A program made the position numbers and the translations under genes. A stretch of DNA of 60,053 bases from a phage: NCBI GenBank assembly GCA_012409925.1, contig GCA_012409925.1_4804.1. One strand, written 5' to 3'. The notes below the pieces were generated by a model. That model was not told the origin of the DNA and did not search any database. It worked only from the letters and a program-made list of their open reading frames with translations. This document shows, one piece after another, positions 28,265-34,944 of the stretch. Position 1 is the first letter of the stretch, and every line of letters begins with the position of its first letter.

Positions 28265-28638
28265 TTATTGACATCGAAAAAGCGCTCAAGCGCGAACTGA
28301 CGCCAGGTGCAACTCCTGGCGAAGAAGCCTATTACCGACCCAAGTCGCAGCGCACCAATGATATTCCGGTCAAAAGGCGCGGTCCAAGGAATTTCAAAAC
28401 ATCAAATATCAAAAAGGAACGCCTTTCTTTACATAAAAGACTTTTGAATAGGCTTGATATCATGGGTTGCCAAGCTTATGTCGACCAAGCTGGCCAAGTT
28501 TGGGTAAAAATTGGCAATAGTACACGCCTACAGAAAGGATTACCCTGTGGAGAGTGCAGACCTATGGAAAAGACAGACCGATTGGCTACTGGCCGCGAGA
28601 TTGCGGAAAGCTGGCTTAAATTTTTCTTGGACCTTTGA
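28261..28638 (+). CDS. hypothetical basic protein, 125 aa
   Basis: In-frame ATG 28261 of track ORF 28192..28638 (track start is TTG); Arg/Lys-rich. Confidence 0.4.
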   Translation: MIIDIEKALKRELTPGATPGEEAYYRPKSQRTNDIPVKRRGPRNFKTSNIKKERLSLHKRLLNRLDIMGCQAYVDQAGQVWVKIGNSTRLQKGLPCGECRPMEKTDRLATGREIAESWLKFFLDL

Positions 28639-28645
28639 GGTTAAC

Positions 28646-28894
28646 ATGAATCAAAATGAATCAGTAGCATTCTTACAATGGCTGGAAGGTGTGGTGGAGT
28701 ATAACGCGGCAAGCGACCGTTTCACCTTTCAAGGTAAAAGCTACAAGCGCAAAGGTCAAGCCCAGAAAGCAGCGCGCAAGTACTGGAAAGAAGTTTATTC
28801 AGAATTTTTCTCTCAAATGGGAATCATCGGCTCAACGGTATCCGGCGACCCTGCGCAATTGGTATCGATTGATGAATCCAATCGTCACAATTAA
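28646..28894 (+). CDS. hypothetical protein, 82 aa
   Basis: ATG 28646 with GAGG RBS in track ORF 28511..28894. Confidence 0.45.
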   Translation: MNQNESVAFLQWLEGVVEYNAASDRFTFQGKSYKRKGQAQKAARKYWKEVYSEFFSQMGIIGSTVSGDPAQLVSIDESNRHN

Positions 28895-28969
28895 TAAATC
28901 GATTTGAATGGCGCGCTATGCGGCTTTATTATAGTTATTGTTAATCACCCAAATATTAAAGGTAATGAT

Positions 28970-29383
28970 ATGTCAAATAAAAATGATTCTATGAGCCATA
29001 CTTACACTAAAGGCAGCGGCACTGCTTTTGGTTCCAGCATCAAACTTGACGCTCCTGGTTTGCACATCCACAACGTTAATGAAAAATCTGATGTAAGCAG
29101 TCGTGATTTGTCTTTGGTTCTTAAAAATCAACTCGCCTTGGAATCACGGTTGGATAATATTGAGAAGTCGCTGGAAAGTTTGCGCGACCAGCTTTATGGG
29201 CCTTGTCCTGTTGCGGATGATTCAAAGACAGTTAATGTAAATTACGGATTGATCGATAATATGCTTGGAGTCACGTCGCGCTCTGCTGTTAAGGCATATA
29301 ATATTGAAAATCTGATTGGGCAGATTGCTGATGGCTTCGGCACATCTTGCCTTACAGGTATTGAAAGCGATTTCAGTGAATAG
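28970..29383 (+). CDS. hypothetical protein, 137 aa
   Basis: ATG 28970 with AAAGG RBS in track ORF 28904..29383; followed by terminator. Confidence 0.45.
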   Translation: MSNKNDSMSHTYTKGSGTAFGSSIKLDAPGLHIHNVNEKSDVSSRDLSLVLKNQLALESRLDNIEKSLESLRDQLYGPCPVADDSKTVNVNYGLIDNMLGVTSRSAVKAYNIENLIGQIADGFGTSCLTGIESDFSE

Positions 29384-29403
29384 TTGGTAGTGTTGATTTA
29401 ACC

Positions 29404-29445
29404 GTGAATCGTGGGTCGTGGGTCGTGGGTCGTGGGTCGTGGGTC
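29404..29445. repeat. perfect heptamer tandem repeat (GTGGGTC)x5 preceded by one degenerate unit GTGAATC
   Basis: Direct reading: units at 29411, 29418, 29425, 29432, 29439. Confidence 0.95.
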
Positions 29446-29467
29446 GCTTAGTGCGGCCCTTTATTTT
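29441..29467 (+). terminator. rho-independent terminator overlapping last repeat unit
   Basis: GGGTCGC-ttagt-GCGGCCC (one mismatch) followed by TTTATTTT. Confidence 0.45.
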
Positions 29468-30062
29468 GCCTGCCGCGCAGGAGTGTACTGCAAATTTCCT
29501 GTGGGTACAAAATAGTACGGTACTGTCTAGGACTTTTTCTTTGAAAGTTAGTGGACCAAATGTGTCGTATTTTGATTAGTGTACCGCAAATTCCATCAAG
29601 TACCAAAACGCACCAAAAGACCCATGCCATAAAAACCACACGAACGCAATAATCAATCGCCGTTACAGTTTCCAGCGTTACAATTCGAAAGCGAATGATT
29701 CGACGCATAATAATATGAAGCATAATGATTCGAAAGCGAACGATTGCGTGTAGGATAATATCGGTGGGGATTATTCTAGATGCATGTAATTTCGCATGCG
29801 TACTATTTTCGGACGAAGGGTCGGCATATTCCTCGTTTTAGTTCGGAACGAAGGGAAAGTTTTGCGCCTTTATAAAACAACGACTTACGCGACCCGCCCT
29901 AACGGTCCGATATAGGTGTCTATATAAAACAAGGACTTACACGATGTTCTCCATTTAACGTAATACCTGTTATGCGAACTAAGGCGCATCTCGACGAAGA
30001 TTATGCGACGACGAAGGGAAGGATAAAGGAGTTTTCGCGGAGAAGCGCATCGAGATAGGGAC

Positions 30063-30088
30063 GAAGAAAAGCCGCGACTAAGCGCGGC
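30063..30088 (-). terminator. rho-independent terminator ending the minus-strand island operon
   Basis: On minus strand GCCGCG-cttagt-CGCGGC followed by TTTTCTTC. Confidence 0.5.
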
Positions 30089-30114
30089 CTATTAGTAACG
30101 GTGGGTAATTATAA

Positions 30115-30324
30115 TTAAAGGAATAATCCGGCGCGTTTAATTTGTCCCAGGACGTTATCGCGCTTACGACGCATAACCGCGTATTTAACCTCTTCTTCGT
30201 ATCCCCAGCCGCCGATGGATAACATCGCGTTCATATTATCGCATAATTCCTTAAGTTCGCGGAACATATCGATGACGGCGGTACGATGGGCGCGCGCATT
30301 AAGAGAGTTATTCATATTATTCAT
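30115..30324 (-). CDS. small protein, 69 aa
   Basis: ORF track; GGAG RBS overlapping stop of upstream gene; TAA stop. Confidence 0.5.
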   Translation of the reverse strand: MNNMNNSLNARAHRTAVIDMFRELKELCDNMNAMLSIGGWGYEEEVKYAVMRRKRDNVLGQIKRAGLFL

Positions 30325-30335
30325 TTTTCTTCTCC

Positions 30336-30626
30336 TTAAAGGCTTACGATTTTAAAGAAAGTTACTTCGCCGCCGAGTTGCGGGACAGCGATATATTCGC
30401 CGCCGATTTCGGTAATCGTATAGACGAAGCCGTTGATGGTTACGCGGTAGGATACTACGTCCTCGTCGCGATACTTGTAAAGGTCGAGGAGGTTGATCGG
30501 CTCATAAATAGACTCGATAGTCGCGTCTACGTTAGAGAGATAAACGCTCTCTAAGGTTTCGCCAAATACGTTAGAGTTTTCGGAAGTCTCGACGCGAGCG
30601 GAACGGATAGCGGCTAAAGTAATCAT
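30336..30626 (-). CDS. small acidic protein, 96 aa, paralogue of 31262..31546
   Basis: ORF track; AGGAG RBS; net charge about -10; no His/Cys/Trp; shares VY..NVD.TIE and VN.NG(Y/F)...EIG segments with the divergently transcribed paralogue. Confidence 0.6.
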   Translation of the reverse strand: MITLAAIRSARVETSENSNVFGETLESVYLSNVDATIESIYEPINLLDLYKYRDEDVVSYRVTINGFVYTITEIGGEYIAVPQLGGEVTFFKIVSL

Positions 30627-30693
30627 AATAATCTCCTAGCTGGGAGGGCGGGTAGCGACCTATTCGCTACCTCATCCCCTCTCGATATAAAAC

Positions 30694-30722
30694 ATTATAG
30701 TCTTAGTGTACGAAGAAGTAAA
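30694..30722 (-). promoter_or_regulatory. near-consensus sigma70-type promoter (island copy 1)
   Basis: Minus strand reads GTGCTTTACT-17 nt-TATAAT; -35 at 30717-30722, -10 at 30694-30699. Confidence 0.55.
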
Positions 30723-30733
30723 GCACTTTTTCG

Positions 30734-31036
30734 TTATTCTGCGATAAAATATTTATAAGCCTTATCGCCTTCTACGTCGATATACTCGACGATAATTAAC
30801 GCTTCGCCGCGCGGCGTAACCGTCTCGATAAGGGTAACGGCTTCGTCGTCGGTCTTCGCGAATCGGATTGCGCTACGTTCGGCGTATTTAATTTCGTCGA
30901 AGGAGAGGCCGACGAAAGCGACGGCGCGGACCTTAATGGCGCTAGATTCTAGTTCCGCGTTAACGGCGGCGATAAGAGAGCGAACGGTTAAGCGGTCTTC
31001 GTCGTAAGTAAGGATAGAAGAGATTAAAGTGGTCAT
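30734..31036 (-). CDS. small acidic protein, 100 aa
   Basis: ORF track frame; start at ATG 31036 (GGGAG RBS); no His/Cys/Trp/Gln; TAA stop. Confidence 0.55.
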   Translation of the reverse strand: MTTLISSILTYDEDRLTVRSLIAAVNAELESSAIKVRAVAFVGLSFDEIKYAERSAIRFAKTDDEAVTLIETVTPRGEALIIVEYIDVEGDKAYKYFIAE

Positions 31037-31093
31037 AATAAAACTCCCGATGCTATTAGAAGGAAGGGCCATCGCCCGTCTCGATATAAACAA

Positions 31094-31121
31094 GTATACG
31101 CGAGTGTACGAAGAAGTAAAG
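31094..31121 (-). promoter_or_regulatory. near-consensus sigma70-type promoter (island copy 2)
   Basis: Minus strand reads CTTTACT-16 nt-TATACT with the same TTCTTCGTACAC spacer core as copy 1. Confidence 0.5.
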
Positions 31122-31165
31122 AAAAAAAGATAAAATAATTTATCGCATTTTTATCGAAAAAGTGC

Positions 31166-31193
31166 TTTACTTTTTTCTACACTATATTATAAT
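31166..31193 (+). promoter_or_regulatory. near-consensus sigma70-type promoter (island copy 3)
   Basis: AGTGCTTTACT-16 nt-TATAAT; -35 at 31166-31171, -10 at 31188-31193; shares GTGCTTTACT and TACACT with copies 1 and 2. Confidence 0.55.
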
Positions 31194-31261
31194 GTACTCA
31201 TATCGGGACGGGATGAGTTAACGAATAGGTCGTTAACGCCTCTCCCAACTAGGAGTTTAAA

Positions 31262-31546
31262 ATGGCTATTCTTAACGTTTCTTCTATCCGTAACGCTATC
31301 GTCGAGAACTACGGCGTAAAACAAATTTTATCCGAAGTCTACGCCGCGAACGTAGACCAAACTATCGAGGCGGGTGGGGTAACGGTCGCCGAGGCTTTTA
31401 AACTTTACGCGGCGTTACCGGAATCGGACCGCGAAGCCTTCGAAGTAAACGTTAACGGATATTTCTTCGAAGCGGTCGAAATCGGTAATATCTTACTCGT
31501 TATGGGCGAAGAAGAATTTGAGACCTTCTCCCTCGTCGAAGCGTAA
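31262..31546 (+). CDS. small acidic protein, 94 aa, paralogue of 30336..30626
   Basis: ORF track; AGGAG RBS; net charge about -15; no His/Cys/Trp. Confidence 0.6.
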   Translation: MAILNVSSIRNAIVENYGVKQILSEVYAANVDQTIEAGGVTVAEAFKLYAALPESDREAFEVNVNGYFFEAVEIGNILLVMGEEEFETFSLVEA

Positions 31547-31626
31547 GAGAGGATTTTTAGAGCGTCGTGCGCGGCGCTTTAATAAAATTCTTTCGCGCCT
31601 AGCGCCCTAACAAATAGGAGTTTATT

Positions 31627-32253
31627 ATGGTTAGCTTAAATCGTTTCTCGACTAGCGGCGACGTTATCGCAACTAAGACCGCCGACCTCGTTGCATTTTA
31701 TAATGCAAATTCCGGTTCGAAGCCGATTAAGAAATTTGCGGACCGCCGGACCGCCGAGACTCGCGTAATCGCGTTAATCGAGTCCTTAAACGCGCTCGAT
31801 GAGCCATCCAATGAATCGCCCATTCCCGACGCGAAGCCGCGCGAGGAAGTGTCCAGCGATGTAAAAACGCATAAGGCGCGTGCGGTCGTTAAAAAGGCTG
31901 AGCCGACCCAGGAAGAACTCGACGCGATGAGCGATGAAGAATATGAAGCCTTCGTTAAGAGCGGCTTAAACGATAGTGCAAATTGCGTAGTACAAAATGG
32001 AACTCCTTCCCATCGCCGTTCGAATAGCGAAGGTATTGCAAAAAGTTGGGATAATAAGGAAGTGGCGCAAAAGCGTCTTACCCGTAACGGCGTTATGGTC
32101 GAGGGTGTAGGCGAGTTCAAATCGGTCCGCGCAGCATTCGCCGCGCTGGGCTTACCGGACAGCAAGCATATTCGCTTCCGCATGAAGCTTAAAGAAGCTG
32201 GACGCTTGAACTTCGAGTTCGGCAACAAGTCCTTCACCTTCCAGATTATCTAA
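31627..32253 (+). CDS. hypothetical protein, 208 aa
   Basis: ORF track; AGGAG RBS; composition switches mid-gene from the island dialect to ordinary coding. Confidence 0.5.
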   Translation: MVSLNRFSTSGDVIATKTADLVAFYNANSGSKPIKKFADRRTAETRVIALIESLNALDEPSNESPIPDAKPREEVSSDVKTHKARAVVKKAEPTQEELDAMSDEEYEAFVKSGLNDSANCVVQNGTPSHRRSNSEGIAKSWDNKEVAQKRLTRNGVMVEGVGEFKSVRAAFAALGLPDSKHIRFRMKLKEAGRLNFEFGNKSFTFQII

Positions 32254-32260
32254 TCAAATG

Positions 32261-32285
32261 GCGGCCCTTCGAGGTCGCTTTTCAT
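32261..32285 (+). terminator. terminator-like hairpin
   Basis: GCGGCC-cttcga-GGTCGC (one G-U pair) followed by TTTTCAT. Confidence 0.35.
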
Positions 32286-32303
32286 AGTGCAAATTGGTGG
32301 CTT

Positions 32304-32567
32304 ATGAACACGCTTATTCTCATCGCTACGTTGTCCATCGGAAGTGGTCGCACCTTATCGCTGTACGACCATAGTGCAAATTGCGCTTACCCTACGCGCG
32401 TTGCGGCAATAGTTAATAGTGCAAATCGAATGCTATTCGAGACTTGTTGGCGGGTCGATAACGAGAAAGGGCGCATCATCTTAGGTTATAGTGCGAATCT
32501 GCTGGTGGAGTCGTTCGATTGGACGGTTGAAGGTCGTAAATTGTTACGTAAGGTGACTAAAAGATGA
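32304..32567 (+). CDS. hypothetical protein, 87 aa (carries three in-frame motif copies)
   Basis: ORF track; GGTGG RBS; ATAGTGCAAAT-type motif occurs three times in frame as Ser-Ala-Asn, so coding status is uncertain. Confidence 0.35.
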   Translation: MNTLILIATLSIGSGRTLSLYDHSANCAYPTRVAAIVNSANRMLFETCWRVDNEKGRIILGYSANLLVESFDWTVEGRKLLRKVTKR

Positions 32568-32681
32568 CTTATAATAATACACTTTCTAACGCGTTTATGG
32601 TTGTAACCTTCCCCGTCGTATTACCGATGGCCCTAGAAGTGGAGAAAATGTGTTCTAGGGCCGTTTTATAGTGCAAATTGG

Positions 32682-33155
32682 CTAGTGGCGGGAGAATTGC
32701 TCGCCTTCTTTGGCCGCCTCTCCGAAATCCTTGTAGAAATCGTCCATGGAACGGCCCATTTTACTATTGCCGTTTTCATCAATCATCGTGATGCCGTAGA
32801 TGATGTTCAGTTCACGAATAGCATTAAGCTTGGCTGACGCCGCGACTTCTGGATCACGCACAAGCTTGACCAAATTGTGAATTGCACCTTTTACGCTCCA
32901 CAAATCCTTGAGTGGCATCTCTTCCATACGCTTTTTGAAGCGCATCTTGTAGTATGGATTGCGTTGCGTGCAAAGGATTCGCTGGCCAGTGTAGTTATCC
33001 GTTGCAACTTCCATTCCAAATACTAGTGCAAAAGCTGCGCGCATGTCATGGCCCTGAATAACAAGGTCAATGAACTCATCGAATAAAGCCTGATTGTGCT
33101 CTGCAAATCGCGGGTCTTCAAAGTCTTCAGGCATCGCTACATAATCTTGACTCAT
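32682..33155 (-). CDS. hypothetical protein, 157 aa (small-terminase candidate, speculative)
   Basis: ORF track frame from ATG 33155 (MSQDYVAMPEDFEDPRF...); ordinary codon usage; start codon abuts three tandem motif copies. Confidence 0.4.
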   Translation of the reverse strand: MSQDYVAMPEDFEDPRFAEHNQALFDEFIDLVIQGHDMRAAFALVFGMEVATDNYTGQRILCTQRNPYYKMRFKKRMEEMPLKDLWSVKGAIHNLVKLVRDPEVAASAKLNAIRELNIIYGITMIDENGNSKMGRSMDDFYKDFGEAAKEGEQFSRH

Positions 33156-33280
33156 AGTGCAAAATCCCATAGTGCAAATTAATAGTGTGAATTATACAAT
33201 GGATGGACATTATATTCAAGTGCAGATTGATGTTCATTATGGCTATAAACATACACAAATCATAGTGCTGAATGAATAGC

Positions 33281-33874
33281 GGACCGTGGTGCGTGGTGTA
33301 CTGTTTGATACGTATAAAATAAATCCATCCCTTTTGCCGCTTGTTATGCAAATCAATGACTTAGCCGCTGCTGGCTGGTTGAAGCGTATCATGACGTATC
33401 ATCCGTATTGCCGCAAGTCTTTGTTTTTACTTATATCTTACGGATAATACGTATAAATATAAGTTTAGTATAAGTATGAGGATGTAGAAAAAAAATTAAT
33501 TTAAATGTTTTTAAAATGGAGTTAATTAATTTTTAGAATTATTCTGGTTACAATAAGAAAAAATGGCGTATCATCCGTATCATCCGTATGAGTGTACCAG
33601 TAGAATCCAGGCGCGGCGCACCTTACAGCCATGATACGTCTCAATACGGCCAAAAACCTATCCGTAAGAGTGTACGCATCAACCAAAGAATCCAGGCGCG
33701 GCGCACTCTTCCACACCACACACCACGGTTCAATCTCCAAAATCCACACACTAAAAGTCACAATCACCGTATCATTCTCCAAAAATAAATCCAAATTTCC
33801 ATTTTATTTATTATTTTCATCCACAATATCCTAAATTCCATCCGTATCAACCAAGCCTCAACCCACCACGGTCC
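33281..33874. repeat. iteron cluster B: ATCCGTATC-type repeats, 19-bp direct repeat and AT-rich block, bracketed by 11-bp inverted repeat
   Basis: GCGTATCATCCGTATCATCCGTA at 33567-33589 identical to 17181-17203; further copies at 33385-33410, 33437-33457, 33631-33649, 33659-33668, 33766-33777 and 33841-33851; GAATCCAGGCGCGGCGCAC at 33603 and 33688; GGACCGTGGTG (33281) / CACCACGGTCC (33864). Confidence 0.8.
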
Positions 33875-33982
33875 ACGCCACTCACTTCAAAATTTCCATC
33901 AAAAACGACAAAAGGCCGCATAAAGCGACCAATTGTACACGTCCCATTATTCAAAACACGTAAAACAGTGTCCGTTTATTTG

Positions 33983-34519
33983 CTACAATTTAGGCATTAA
34001 TCCTTTGTCAATCCGTCTTTTTATCTCTTCCTCTATCATTTTATTGGTGACTTTATAACCAATCCTTTCTAATTCCAGCAATACTTCCTTTTGGTGTTTC
34101 TTTATTTTTACAATGTCAACCGTATCCCTCCAATAAGATAATACCTTCTTAATGATTTCCTTTTCCATTTTATATCTGGCAGTTGTCATGTATTTCATTT
34201 TAAATATAGAGTTGATTGCGTCAGTCTTCAACCACTCGCCTCTCAACTCAGGGTGATCATCCCAAAGAGCTATGGCAAACTCTTGCGGGCTTTTACATCT
34301 TTTTCTAAGCTCAATTATATAGTCGACCGTTTTCGTTTTCTTATCCAACCTTGCGCGGCAAACTTTGCACTCTTCCTTGAGTAACCATTCAGCCTTATTA
34401 CTTTGCGACGCTGATTCATTATCCCTTCTGTAGCTGCCGCATATACTTATTCCTTCATTATCCAAGAAGTAATGCAAGTCTTTAGAGTATTTAGCTTTAC
34501 GCCAAAAGCCGCCCATCAC
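33983..34519 (-). CDS. hypothetical Lys-rich protein, 178 aa
   Basis: ORF track; AT-rich codon usage differing from neighbours. Confidence 0.45.
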   Translation of the reverse strand: MMGGFWRKAKYSKDLHYFLDNEGISICGSYRRDNESASQSNKAEWLLKEECKVCRARLDKKTKTVDYIIELRKRCKSPQEFAIALWDDHPELRGEWLKTDAINSIFKMKYMTTARYKMEKEIIKKVLSYWRDTVDIVKIKKHQKEVLLELERIGYKVTNKMIEEEIKRRIDKGLMPKL

Positions 34520-34941
34520 GCCTCCTTAACGACCCGATAAGCAACAATCTTTGCACCAGTCGGGCTTGTGACTTTATCCCATGTCAAACTATCCGAAGGA
34601 ACAGCACATTTTGATTTATAACCGTTGAGTAATTCAAACTCAACCATCTTCCCAGGCACCGGATTCGCGCCACCAAACCACACAGTCCACGCTTCCTCCT
34701 TCGGCGCATCATCATCCACGCCTATAGTAGCAACAACGTCGTGCAACTGCTTAACAAGCACCGATGCATCACGGACCTGTGAGCGTAATGCAACCAACTC
34801 GCGTTGCGCTTCACTATATTTCGCTTCCAGCGCGGCATAGTCCTCATATGCAACAAAACGTCCTTCGTGACTTTCTGGAACAGGAGTGATGTCGAAATCT
34901 TCTGTCGCCACATCGTATGTCAGATCATAACGTTGTACCAT
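34516..34941 (-). CDS. hypothetical early protein sharing C-terminal module with 36076..36585
   Basis: ORF track; C-terminus ...NPVPGKMVEFELLNGYKSKCAVPSDSLTWDKV...IVAYRVV. Confidence 0.5.
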   Translation of the reverse strand: MVQRYDLTYDVATEDFDITPVPESHEGRFVAYEDYAALEAKYSEAQRELVALRSQVRDASVLVKQLHDVVATIGVDDDAPKEEAWTVWFGGANPVPGKMVEFELLNGYKSKCAVPSDSLTWDKVTSPTGAKIVAYRVVKEA

Positions 34942-34944
34942 GAT

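Larger units (their letters stand above)
31973..33274. repeat. array of 10 same-orientation copies of ATAGTGCAAATTG-like motif
   Basis: Copies start at 31973, 32284, 32371, 32417, 32488, 32668, 33154, 33169, 33182 and 33262 (last four degenerate). Confidence 0.85.

Noticed and set aside
29404-29445. Possibility that the heptamer repeat is a CRISPR array
   Set aside because: Units are 7 bp and directly abutting with no spacers; no cas genes; it is a simple tandem repeat.
29448-29723. Track ORF 29448..29723 (-), 91 aa
   Set aside because: Sits in the ORF-free repeat region downstream of the island terminator, lacks an RBS and is Cys/Trp/Arg-rich; treated as non-coding.
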